NCBI GenBank assembly: GCA_038204425.1
Contig: JBBRCZ010000019.1
Span: 1 to 37,689 of the forward strand
Length of the DNA stretch: 37,689 nucleotides
Direction: 5' to 3'
Source: Spirochaetia bacterium
GTDB lineage: Bacteria; Spirochaetota; Spirochaetia; DSM-27196; Salinispiraceae
Position 1 is the first letter of the stretch; each line of letters begins with the position of its first letter. Below are positions 7,366-17,500 of the stretch, piece after piece. The notes beneath the pieces were generated by a model. That model ran no database searches and was not told the DNA's origin. It was given only the letters and a program-made list of their open reading frames with translations. The position numbers were made by a program, and so were the translations under genes.

Positions 7366-9135
7366 ATGTCCCTACTTGGTGTTAACGATATTCATTTGTC
7401 TTTTGGTGGCGCAGCTCTTTTGCAGGGTGTCAAACTACATATTCATGAGGGCGACCGCTTGGTTCTTTTAGGACGCAACGGTTGCGGCAAGTCGACGTTT
7501 TTGCGCATTTTGTCCGGGCAGCAGAGCCCCGACCGTGGTGAACGAGCCTTAACGGGCGGGGCACGAGTGGCTTGGCTCGACCAAGACATACCGGTTGACC
7601 TCAAAGGACGAGCTGCTGATGTGGCGGCCGTAGACCACGTAGACGAGCATATTCTCGAGCGCTACTTTACCCAGCTTGATGTGGACGGCGAGGCTGAGTT
7701 TGCCACCATGTCCGGTGGACAGAGGCGGCGCGTGCTTTTGGCGCGAGCTTTGTCACATCAAGCAGAAATTCTCATTCTGGACGAACCCACTAACCATCTT
7801 GATGTCGAAAGCATAGTCTGGTTGGAAGGCGAACTTGTCGCCAGGCGTGGTGCCCTAGTAATGGTCACTCATGACCGCGCCTTTGCCAATCGCGTCTCCA
7901 ATCGGACAGCTGAGATCGATCGCGGTCAATTGTGCGTCTTTGACTGTGGCTATGGCCGATTTGTCGAACGACGAGCTGCACTTTTGGAAGATGAGGCGCG
8001 AGGCGTGCAAGAGTTTGAAAAAAAGCTGGCACTAGAAGAAATTTGGATACGACGTGGCGTTAAGGCCAGACGAGTAAGAGACGAGGGCCGCGTTAAGGCT
8101 TTGGAAGCAATGCGTGAGCAAAAAAAGATGCGCCGAGAAGTGCAGGGCACCGCCAAAATGAACTTGGTTCATTCTGGCAAGTCGGGCGATTTAGTGCTCG
8201 AAATGAAGGACGTCAGTTTTAACTATCCGAACAGCCCCGCCTTGGTTAGCAATGCCGAACTTTTGCTTGAGCGTGGTGACCGAGTTGGGGTGGTTGGCGC
8301 CAACGGCAGCGGTAAAACTACTTTATTGCGGCTCATGTTGGGGCAGCTAAGCCCGACTCACGGTAGCGTAAAGCTTGGCACCAAGTTAGAAGTTTTGTAT
8401 CTTGATCAACTACGGGATCAACTGGATCCGCGCTTGAGTGTTTCTCAAAATCTTGCTGGCAAAGATGACCACGTGATGGTAGGTGGGCAGCTACGGCACA
8501 TTAACGCCTATTTGGCTGACTTTTTGTTTGACAGTGAACGAGCACGTTCGCCTGTGCATATTTTGTCTGGGGGCGAGCGCAACCGACTGCTTTTGGCCAA
8601 GCTCTTTACCAAGGCGGCTAATGTGCTGGTTCTGGACGAACCCACCAACGATCTCGACATGGAAACCTTGGAACTTTTAGAAGACCTGGTTGCAAGCTTT
8701 AAAGGTACGGTCTTGGTGGTGAGCCATGACCGTGAGTTTCTCAACAATACGGTCGGTTCTACTTTGTGGCTTGAGAATGGCACTTTGCGCCAATGCGTTG
8801 GGGACTGGGAAGATCGCCAAGCGCTCTTGCAACGTGAAGCTGCGGCCAAAACCCGCGATGTAAAAGCTGCCAAAGCGGCAGCACAAGCCTCTGGCGCTGA
8901 GAAAAAAGTAAAACTGTCATTTAAAGAACAGCGAGAGCTGAGCGAACTGCCTGAGAAGTTGGCACTTTTGGAAGCCAAGATAGAAGGTTTACAGCAAAGC
9001 CTGTCCGACCCCGAGCTTTATAAGCAGGGAGTCGATGCAGCTTCCAAATTAACGAAAGAACTGACCGATTTAGAAGCAACAGTCGCTACTGGCTTGGCGC
9101 GTTGGCAAAACCTCGAAGACAAGAACCAAGCCTAA
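7366..9135 (+). CDS. uup: ABC-F family ATPase Uup
   Basis: Two ABC domains (GRNGCGKST, GANGSGKTT; DEPTNHLD, DEPTNDLD), a WIRRGVKARR linker and a C-terminal KLSFKEQREL coiled coil. Confidence 0.9.
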   Translation: MSLLGVNDIHLSFGGAALLQGVKLHIHEGDRLVLLGRNGCGKSTFLRILSGQQSPDRGERALTGGARVAWLDQDIPVDLKGRAADVAAVDHVDEHILERYFTQLDVDGEAEFATMSGGQRRRVLLARALSHQAEILILDEPTNHLDVESIVWLEGELVARRGALVMVTHDRAFANRVSNRTAEIDRGQLCVFDCGYGRFVERRAALLEDEARGVQEFEKKLALEEIWIRRGVKARRVRDEGRVKALEAMREQKKMRREVQGTAKMNLVHSGKSGDLVLEMKDVSFNYPNSPALVSNAELLLERGDRVGVVGANGSGKTTLLRLMLGQLSPTHGSVKLGTKLEVLYLDQLRDQLDPRLSVSQNLAGKDDHVMVGGQLRHINAYLADFLFDSERARSPVHILSGGERNRLLLAKLFTKAANVLVLDEPTNDLDMETLELLEDLVASFKGTVLVVSHDREFLNNTVGSTLWLENGTLRQCVGDWEDRQALLQREAAAKTRDVKAAKAAAQASGAEKKVKLSFKEQRELSELPEKLALLEAKIEGLQQSLSDPELYKQGVDAASKLTKELTDLEATVATGLARWQNLEDKNQA

Positions 9136-10136
9136 GCAGCAAGCAGTTTACACAAACGGTGGAGCACCTTGAGCGTAGCGAGCTCGGTGGTGGCACTTGA
9201 GATGGGTACCCGACCCGGCTCTCTGCCACAGGCAAGTGCGTCTTCCATCATGTGAGAAAAATATCCAGTAGGACCCTGCCAAGTTTTGGTTTCTTCGCTC
9301 AAAGAACGATACTGCGAATAGAAGGCACTTTCCGTGCTCGCACTAAGTTCAAAAATACCGTTGCCAACCCGGGCCCGGCCTCTTTCAAATGACAGATCCA
9401 GCTCAAAGTGTAGGTGGTCACGACCTTTACCAGCTTCCACCGACACCAGGCAATTATTGACGACTGCGCTAGCCAGCATGCTGTGACAACTTTGTCTTGC
9501 GAGTTGGTAGCTAATGTCTTGGTCAGCCAACAAAAAACGAATAATGTCAAACAAATGACAGCCGTCGTGCCACAACATGGAATCTACGGCTCGGGTTCTG
9601 CCAAAATAAAGTCGAGCATGCAAAGCCAAAAGCGAACCATAGCGCGCGCTGTCTATCAGGTCTTTGACCGCCCGGTAGTCGTCAGAGTAGCGGCGTTCGT
9701 GATTTACCAAAATCTGGACGGCTTTTTTTTGAGCTAGGCGCACTATTTTTTTGGCGCTCGAGAACTGCGGGGTGAGTGGTTTTTCGCAAATGATCAATTT
9801 GAGTGGAAACTCAAGACAGGTGAGCAAAAGCTGGTAGTGGGCATCACTGTCAGCGGCTATACAAACGATGTCCGGCTTAGATTGCACCATGGCAGTCTTA
9901 GCGTCTTGCCAAACCGGTACTTTAAAACGCTCAGCAAATGCTTTTCTTCGTTCTAAAACTGGATCGCAACCCGCTAGCAGCGTGAGTCCCGCCGTGTTTA
10001 GGAGCGCGCCAACGTGACTCGCCGGCTTTTCGCGCTTGGGATCGTCCTCAAGTAGCCAGGCTATGCGCCCAAGACCTATCACCAAAACCGAAAGTGCGGG
10101 CAAATTGCTGGGTGTACGTAGACTTACTGTGCTCAT
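9132..10136 (-). CDS. Gfo/Idh/MocA family NAD(P)-dependent oxidoreductase
   Basis: VIGLGRIA Rossmann motif, ICEKP, VNHERRY, HDGCHLFD. Confidence 0.9.
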   Translation of the reverse strand: MSTVSLRTPSNLPALSVLVIGLGRIAWLLEDDPKREKPASHVGALLNTAGLTLLAGCDPVLERRKAFAERFKVPVWQDAKTAMVQSKPDIVCIAADSDAHYQLLLTCLEFPLKLIICEKPLTPQFSSAKKIVRLAQKKAVQILVNHERRYSDDYRAVKDLIDSARYGSLLALHARLYFGRTRAVDSMLWHDGCHLFDIIRFLLADQDISYQLARQSCHSMLASAVVNNCLVSVEAGKGRDHLHFELDLSFERGRARVGNGIFELSASTESAFYSQYRSLSEETKTWQGPTGYFSHMMEDALACGREPGRVPISSATTELATLKVLHRLCKLLAA

Positions 10137-10337
10137 GGCATGAGTCTAACCAAGCCTATCATCACTTTCAAGCCTGCAAAGGTCGATTGCGAGTGGATCT
10201 GACCCAATCTCAAAGTCTTTTGGATTTGCTAGTGGAATGTATTGGTTTTTTTATTCAATATCGTTATGGTAAGCGAGTAACGCAATAATAACTATTAATT
10301 CGACTTTCGCTAAGACTGTCAGTTTTGGGAGGATGCT

Positions 10338-10859
10338 ATGTCCGCAACGGCCATTGTATATACAAGCACGACCGGCAACACTGCCTACGTTGCTGATCTT
10401 CTATCGAAGTTGATCAACGACTCAGAAATGATTGACCTCACAGCAAGCCAAGACCTTGAGCAGTTGTACGGCTATAAAAACTACATTTTTTGTGTTTCTA
10501 CCTGGGGAAATGGTGAGATGCAAGACGATTGGGAACTTTTAGCAGAACGATTCAAGATGCTTTCTTTGGCAGGCTGCAATGCAGCAATTTTGGGTTTGGG
10601 TGACCAAAAGAACTATCCTGATGTTTTTGCCGACGGCGTGCGCCGCATGGCTGAGTTGCTTAGGTCACTCGGCATGAACTTGCTTGGTTTGACTGCAACT
10701 GAGGGCTACGAGTTTAAACACTCAAAGGCCATTGAAGGTAAGCATTTTTTGGGTTGCATTATTGACGAAGACAATCAGCACAATTTGACCGAAGCCCGAC
10801 TCAAAGTTTGGTCCAAGGCGCTTAACCATTCGTTTCGTTCAGGTAAGAGATTACCATAA
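10338..10859 (+). CDS. fldA: Long-chain flavodoxin
   Basis: YTSTTGNT, STWGNGEMQDDW, GLGDQKNYPDVFADG, IDEDNQ..LTEAR. GGAGG RBS. Confidence 0.92.
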   Translation: MSATAIVYTSTTGNTAYVADLLSKLINDSEMIDLTASQDLEQLYGYKNYIFCVSTWGNGEMQDDWELLAERFKMLSLAGCNAAILGLGDQKNYPDVFADGVRRMAELLRSLGMNLLGLTATEGYEFKHSKAIEGKHFLGCIIDEDNQHNLTEARLKVWSKALNHSFRSGKRLP

Positions 10860-12036
10860 GAGCGACGTCTTCATTCAATCTCGACTGTTGTGAGCTCTCT
10901 TTAAGCTCGCTGACAATATGGAGACATAGATCTCGGCTGCTTTGTTTACCCTTTCCTTGTACCATCTTGCCAACCAGTGACTGAAACCCAATATTTGCCA
11001 AAGGTTCGCCATTTTTTCCACGGATCTCGGTTGCGCCATGGTTGTACAAGACCAAGACTTGGCCCGGTAAGAGCCAGGCAGTTTTTTCTGAGAGCTTTAG
11101 GTTGCTCTTTACCCCGAGCGCAAGGTCGCCTGTTGCGTCTAAACTTAAGACTTTGTCGCCGTCTTTGAGCGTTAAAGGCGGTATATGACCCGCGCAGATA
11201 TAGCTCAGTGCGCCCTTGCTTGGAGCCAAAATGCCGCAGAAACAGGTTACAAAGTGCCCGGTAGCGTTGTGGTCGCAAAGAATATCGTTCATCAGCGAGA
11301 CCAAGCGCGAGGCGTTGTCTACCTTGGTGCTTTTGATCAGACTGTGCAAGATAGAATGCGTCTTGGCCATGTAGAGCGCACCTGACATACCACTTCCCGA
11401 AACGTTTGCCATAAAAATAAGGTGTCGACCGTCTTCCAAGACGCGGTAGTCGTACAAAGAACCACCAAGCTCGTGTGCTGGCAAAAACTCGGCGTGCACA
11501 TCAACAAAGGAGCCGAGTTTGCTCAGTTTTGACTCGTCTCCGATAAGGCCAAGTTGAATCGAGCGTGCAAAATGCATTTCTTGTTCTAGGCGCAGCTTGC
11601 CGCGTAGTTCGTCGCGCAAGCTTAGTTGTAGTTGGCGGTATTCAAAGGCGCGTTTGAGCGTAAGCTGTAAGTCAGCAAAATCTATTGGTTTAGTTATAAA
11701 GTCAAAAGTACCAGAGTGCATGGCTTTGCGAATCATGTTCATTTCGCCGTAGGCAGTCACCATAATTACCACCGCAAGTTTTCCAAAACGACGACTAAGC
11801 CCGTCAAGTATGTCTATGCCACTGCCATCGGGCAGGTTGATGTCACAAAGCACCAGCGGGGGTGTGCTGAGTTTGGATAGAATATCTTGTGCTTCAGTAA
11901 AGGTGCTGGCAAAAGTAAAATCGTAAGTGCCATCTTTTATTTCTTGGCGCAGGCGTTGCTTAACCAAGGTTTCCATGTCTTTTTCGTCTTCTATCCAGAG
12001 AATACTGTTGGCCTGTTCCAATCGTTCTTGTGACAT
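10822..12036 (-). CDS. Response regulator receiver + SpoIIE/PP2C-like domain (catalytically degenerate)
   Basis: REC motifs ED/CDINLP/TAYG/KP are intact. PP2C motifs read GGSLYD, ANVSGSG, YNHG and EDVAL. Confidence 0.85.
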   Translation of the reverse strand: MSQERLEQANSILWIEDEKDMETLVKQRLRQEIKDGTYDFTFASTFTEAQDILSKLSTPPLVLCDINLPDGSGIDILDGLSRRFGKLAVVIMVTAYGEMNMIRKAMHSGTFDFITKPIDFADLQLTLKRAFEYRQLQLSLRDELRGKLRLEQEMHFARSIQLGLIGDESKLSKLGSFVDVHAEFLPAHELGGSLYDYRVLEDGRHLIFMANVSGSGMSGALYMAKTHSILHSLIKSTKVDNASRLVSLMNDILCDHNATGHFVTCFCGILAPSKGALSYICAGHIPPLTLKDGDKVLSLDATGDLALGVKSNLKLSEKTAWLLPGQVLVLYNHGATEIRGKNGEPLANIGFQSLVGKMVQGKGKQSSRDLCLHIVSELKESSQQSRLNEDVALMVISYLNETNG

Positions 12037-12131
12037 AGGGAGAACCTCATCTTGGCAGAAAAATTATCATTAAACGTTTCTTTATACTATGGGCTCACCA
12101 ATGCTTAGGCAAGAGCCAAAATGTACAAATT

Positions 12132-13019
12132 TTACGATTGGCGACGTCCATTGACTAACATCTCCCGGTACAGCGACTCTTTGCGATACAAGGTGTCCAT
12201 AGGCGCTTGGTAAGCTTGTTCGATTAGGTCACGCTGACAGACCTTGGAGCTTAAACCAAGATTGATAGTCTTGTCTTTGTTGATCAAAAGCGTGTAATCA
12301 GCGTAGTTTTTACATAAGTCAAAGTCATGGGCTGTGTAGTAAATAGAGGTGCCCGAACTGGCGGCAAAGGCGCGCACAAATTCAAATACTTTGTTTTTGT
12401 GAACTTCTTCGAGGGCAAAGACTGGTTCGTCCATAATTACCAGCTGGCTTCCATAGCACAAGGCCATGGCAACTATGGCGCGCTGAAGCTGACCCTTGGC
12501 CATGTCTTGTAACCTTTGCTCCATAGATGACTGCAAGTCAAACGCCTCGGGCAAGCCAGCAACTAGCTTCTGGTGGTCATAATTGCTCGCGCGTTGCGGC
12601 CAAAACCCGTTCTGATAGACCTGCCGCAGCAGATCTTTAAATGGAAGTTCGGTTTCAAATTCCATGTTCTGATACACAAAGGAGGCGAGCCGCATGCGTT
12701 CGAGTTCGCTTTGTGGGTTAACAGAGGCATCCACAAATTGCTTAGTGTCCGTGGAAAGTAAGGTTACTTGACCTTTTTGCGGAAACAGTCGGCCAGCGGC
12801 TAGCAACAGTAAGGTGCTTTTGCCAATCCCGTTTTCTCCAAGGATAGAAACCATGCCCGCTGGCAGCTCAAGGTTGAGGTCTTGCCAGACTAGGCTGAGG
12901 TCCTCGACTTGCAAAGGGCCCTTGTCAGAATTGTCCTGACGATTGACCCAAGCAAAACTGAGTTCCTCAAAAATAATCAATGCTTCTAGCTTTTTGTTTT
13001 TGTTGGCTGGTGCTGTCAT
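12132..13019 (-). CDS. ABC-type ATP-binding protein (no adjacent permease; atypical signature)
   Basis: GENGIGKST, IMDEP, TAHD. The signature reads MAKGQ. Confidence 0.85.
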   Translation of the reverse strand: MTAPANKNKKLEALIIFEELSFAWVNRQDNSDKGPLQVEDLSLVWQDLNLELPAGMVSILGENGIGKSTLLLLAAGRLFPQKGQVTLLSTDTKQFVDASVNPQSELERMRLASFVYQNMEFETELPFKDLLRQVYQNGFWPQRASNYDHQKLVAGLPEAFDLQSSMEQRLQDMAKGQLQRAIVAMALCYGSQLVIMDEPVFALEEVHKNKVFEFVRAFAASSGTSIYYTAHDFDLCKNYADYTLLINKDKTINLGLSSKVCQRDLIEQAYQAPMDTLYRKESLYREMLVNGRRQS

Positions 13020-13842
13020 GGGCCAAGGCTACACTATTTTTGCTGTGCTGGTCAGCCCGTAAAGCAAGCTGACGAAGGTAGTAAAAGCTTGAGTCTATAG
13101 TGCCTTTGGGAATCTGCAAACAAGCTGCCATATCTCTATGGTGCGGAAATAGCCTGGTTTGTTTCCAGCGCTCCTGGAGACGATTTCGCGTGGCTTGCAA
13201 CCGAAGTCTGAGTGTGTCATCTATGCCTGCAACTTCGAGCTGCATCTGAATGGCCGCTAACTGTCCTTCTATTTTTTGTTTGATTATCAACTTCCTCTGA
13301 AGCCCTTCCTTGAGCTCTTCACAGCGACAAAAGAGCCAAGAGGCAGGCACCGCACATTGACGAGCGATGGTTTGGATTAACGAATCATTGAGACAAAAAG
13401 GATTTTTGAGTGCCGTTAGAACCACGCGACGTGACTCGGTGGAAACGCTGGCAAAATCGAATGGTAGATCAACGTTACAGTAGTACTTGCTTTGAGCACT
13501 ATCGGCGCAGCACATGCCATCGGGTTCTCCGTGACTGCGGACACTTAGGTTTTGGTAGCTGATCTCCCGCAGGATCCGGGTTTTTGCTGCTTTCTTAAAG
13601 GAGCGTAAAGCATATTTTACATGCACCGAAAGATAGGCTTCAAAGAGTTTGCCATGATAAGCAAAAACACCAGCCATACTCTGACAACGACTATGCATTT
13701 TGTCCAAGAACTGGCTTGTCGCACTGTTGTCGCGAATTTCATAGTCAACGCTTTTGATGATAACGACTTGCAAGTCGTTCCAGATATCGTCCCAGGTCCA
13801 AGCACCCTGCTGGTATAGAAGTATTTTTTCCGTTAACTCCAT
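12967..13842 (-). CDS. Hypothetical protein with sigma-factor-like organisation and C-terminal HTH
   Basis: Long ORF (likely start MELTEK). FEAYL in the N-terminal part and HRDMAACLQIPKGTIDSSFYYLR (HTH-like) at the C-terminus. Confidence 0.6.
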   Translation of the reverse strand: MELTEKILLYQQGAWTWDDIWNDLQVVIIKSVDYEIRDNSATSQFLDKMHSRCQSMAGVFAYHGKLFEAYLSVHVKYALRSFKKAAKTRILREISYQNLSVRSHGEPDGMCCADSAQSKYYCNVDLPFDFASVSTESRRVVLTALKNPFCLNDSLIQTIARQCAVPASWLFCRCEELKEGLQRKLIIKQKIEGQLAAIQMQLEVAGIDDTLRLRLQATRNRLQERWKQTRLFPHHRDMAACLQIPKGTIDSSFYYLRQLALRADQHSKNSVALAHDSTSQQKQKARSIDYF

Positions 13843-14020
13843 TGTGTAACCCCTTGCCTTGAGGTTTCGGCCTGATGCTGTTTGATGCAAGAAGGTTGGC
13901 GTTGGCATGGAACGCTTTGAGTTCCAAATTACCGCTAGTGTTAATTTACCAAAATTTACGTGATGACTAACGGCTATCGAGCTAGTTAGAAGCGACTAAA
14001 GCTTGACTAAGCATGTACTT

Positions 14021-14057
14021 AAAAAAAAGCAGGCGGCCAAGGGTCGCCTGCTTTTTT
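14021..14057 (-). terminator. Intrinsic terminator after the cus operon (possibly bidirectional)
   Basis: A8-GCAGGCGGCC-AAG-GGTCGCCTGC-T6, immediately after the stop of 14059-14517. Confidence 0.85.
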
Positions 14058-14058
14058 A

Positions 14059-14517
14059 CTACATGTTGTGCATTCCCATAGAGCTTGTTGGCACCGGGAC
14101 CGTCTTGACGGTGGTCTTTACCACTATCTCAACCTTGCTTACGGCGCTGATCACGCCTTTGGCATTGATAGTCCCGCTGACCCGCACAAGGGGAGCAGGA
14201 TTTCCAGGCTTGGTAAGCAAGGGCAAAACTTCCCGCACTATCTTGGCATTGGATGTGGCATCAAAGCTGTGAAAGATGTACTTTCCGGTAGAACCCATGA
14301 TATTCAGCCCATAGCCGCTATCTTTGCAGTTTTCCATAATCAGACAGCCGACTATATTTTTCTCCGGCGTAAGTGTTAGGTCAATCTTGCCCTTGTATCC
14401 TTCTGGATACCCTGCTTTTCCACAGAGCACATCGGTGAGATAGCCCTCCACGGTGGTCTGAGACCAAGCCAAGGATCCCAAAAATACCAACACAGCCGCA
14501 AACATAATTCTCTTCAT
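14059..14517 (-). CDS. Exported small Cys/Met-rich protein, last gene of the cus operon
   Basis: Signal peptide (LAWS), DVLC...CLIMENCKDSGYGL and tail SSMGMHNM. Overlaps the cusA stop. Confidence 0.75.
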   Translation of the reverse strand: MKRIMFAAVLVFLGSLAWSQTTVEGYLTDVLCGKAGYPEGYKGKIDLTLTPEKNIVGCLIMENCKDSGYGLNIMGSTGKYIFHSFDATSNAKIVREVLPLLTKPGNPAPLVRVSGTINAKGVISAVSKVEIVVKTTVKTVPVPTSSMGMHNM

Positions 14518-17500
14518 TTACAACCCCTTTCTCCGACTAATTCTAACCCTCTAAAGAGGGCTTTTTTGAAGCTGCGCTCAAGCAGCCAGCTATTGAGAAT
14601 TGGAACGATGACTATGGTGATGAGTACCATAATCATACCACCGATGGACGGAATCGACATAGGTCTGATGATTTCACTGCCCCTGCCTGTGGCCCACAAG
14701 ACTGGCACCAAAGCGAGGATAGAGGTAGTAGAAGTCATGAGTAGCGGACGGATTCTCTGAGCCGAAGCGTTAGTTACCATGTCGCGAATTTCCTGGATGG
14801 AATTGAATACTCTTCCTTTCTTCATCTGGTTGATGTAGGAGGTCAGAATGATTCCGTCATCCACCGCCACACCAAATAGGGCTATGAATCCCACCACAAC
14901 GGCTATGCTCATTTTGAAACCCAGGAAGTAGAGCATAAGGATACCTCCGGACAAGGATACGGGTATCGCCAGGAAAACAACGACAGTCTGAGAAAGGGAA
15001 CCGAAACTCAAGTAGAGAATGACGAAGATCGCAAACAGGCAGAGCGGCAAAATCCACTTTAACAGTTCATTGGCCCGAATCTGATTTTGAAAATCTCCAG
15101 CAAACTCAAAATAGTAACCCTTGGGCATAGTTAGCTTTTCGTTGATTGCCACTTGAGCGGCATTCACAAATTCTAGCGGGCCAATATCTTGGTTAAGATT
15201 GATATAAATTACACCCCTGAGCTGACCATTTTCAGAATTTATCATGGATGGTCCCAAGGAAAGGCGGATCTCGGCTAGCCGAGAAATGGGAATTCGCGCT
15301 CCATTGGGTGCAACCACAAGAAGGTTGGATAGCCCCTCCAGCGAGTCTCGTTGGTCTCTCTGATAACGCATGCGCACGGGGTATCGTTCCCTTTCTTCAT
15401 AGACAGTGGTGAGATTTTCTCCCCCTAAGGCTGTCTCCAAAATTTCCTGAACTGCAAAAACCGACATGCCAAACCAGGCAATAGACTCCCTGTTTAAGAT
15501 GAACTCGATATAGGGTTTGCCCATTACTCTTTCCACGTAGGAACTTTGCAGTCCATCCACGTTTTGAATAGCTTGATCGATTTTAAGTGAGAGCTTTTCA
15601 ATCTCTGCCAAATCCTTGCCAAACACTTTTATGCCGACTGCAGTTCTAATGCCGGTGGACAACATATCCACCCGGTTTTGGATCGGCTGGGTCCAGATAT
15701 TGCCTACACCAGGAATCCCCAGGACTTCGTCCATCTCTTTTTTTAGAGACTCCATAGTGACTCCGGGCCGCCACTGACTTTTGGGTTTGAGGGCTACTAT
15801 GGTTTCGATCATGGTGATATCTGCAGGATCGGTGGCGCTCTCGATGCGCCCCAGTTTTCCGACGGCGTGTTCCACTTCCGGAAAAGTCTTAAGTATCTTA
15901 TTCTGCTGTTCCAAAACTTCGTTTACCTGAGTCAGGGAAGCCGAAGGAAGCAGAACCGGCATAAATAGGAAGGCACCCTCGTCCAAGGGTGGACGAAACT
16001 CATTCTGGATGCGGAAACCCATGATATAGACAGCAAAAGCGAACAGGGCTAGCGGAACCACGAGTATCCATTTGTTCTTAAGAGCCCAAGGAATGACCAC
16101 GCGAATTATTTTCTGGGCATACTTTGCCAATATCCAGACCAGCAAAAGAAAGATTAGCGAGAAACCGAGCATCAGCTTATTGTCGAGCACCCATTGCCCT
16201 ATCATCTGAGCCGGTGTAGTGCTCTGGTTTTGCTGAAGACTGAAGATCAGAATGCTCAAATAAACCAGCCCCGAAACCATACCCACGATACCCACAGCCT
16301 TAAATATTCTACCTTGGGTCGACTTCCATTTGAAGTTTGCAATCTTGCGCTCCCAGAGGTGGAACTCTAGATACAAAGGAGGCAAAAGAAAAATTGCAGT
16401 GACAAGCGAACCAATCAAAAGGAAGGTCTTGGTATATACCACCGGATGGAACAGTTTGGCACTTTGACCGTCCAAGACTAGAATGGCAAGGAAGGGTACA
16501 ACGGTTGTAGCCACCGCCCCCGCGACCGCTTTTGCCACTTCCAAGGCACCTTTGTGAATCACCTTCCGGGTTTGGTCTAGCGACAGTTTGTGGGGATCCC
16601 CGGCCTGGTTCATGTTGCGGTAGATATTTTCGGAAATGACGATTGCCATGTCCACAATCGTCCCTATGGCAATAATGATGCCTGTTAGAGACATTATGTG
16701 CACATCGACCTTAAAAAGGTACATGAATAGGAAAGTCATTAGCACCGACATCGGTAGTGATAGAGAGATGATGATGCTGTGGCTAAACGGCAAGGCAAAA
16801 GCCAGAATTACCGCCATGGTGATGAGAAGTTCCACCAGGATGGATTCCTTCAGTGTGCCTGTGGTTTCTTCGATTAGGTGGGTTCTGTCGTAGAATGGAA
16901 CAATAGAAACCCCTTCTGGCAGACCGGGCGAAATTTCCACAATCTTCTTCTTGATTCGTTCAATGATGGTGCCGGGATTGTCTCGGTAGCGCATAATCAC
17001 TACTCCGCCGACGGCCTCTTTTCCATCTTTGTTGAGTACCCCGCGCCGAAAGTCCGGCCCCAGAGTGACTTGGGCTATATCCTTAATTCTTAAGGGAATC
17101 CCATCCTTCTCGCCGATAACAATTTGTTCAATGTCCGCGGTGGACTTAATGAAGCCGGCACCGCGGATAAGATACTCCATGCCATTGAGTTCCAAAACTT
17201 TGGCGCCAATATCCTTGTTGGAGTTCTGCACCGCCATGACGATATCCGAATTTTTTAAGTTGTAAGAGAAGACTTTGCTTGCATCCACATTAATCTGATA
17301 CTGTTTGACAAAGCCTCCCACTGAAGCCACTTCTGAAACACCTTCCACTGAGGCTAGACCATAGCGTACGTACCAGTCTTGGATGGACCTTAGCTCTTGT
17401 AGGTCTTGGCCTTCTCCTTCTACTGTGTACCAAAAAATCTGCCCCAATCCAGAGCCGTCTGGACCCAAAGTCGGCACCACACCGGGAGGCAGGATATTGC

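Noticed and set aside
10281..10299. Fur box upstream of flavodoxin
   Set aside because: Only 11/19 match by hand in AT-rich DNA. Plausible but unsupported.
13960..14012. Three GACTAA motifs upstream of the HTH protein as an operator
   Set aside because: Short and irregularly spaced, so they could be chance.
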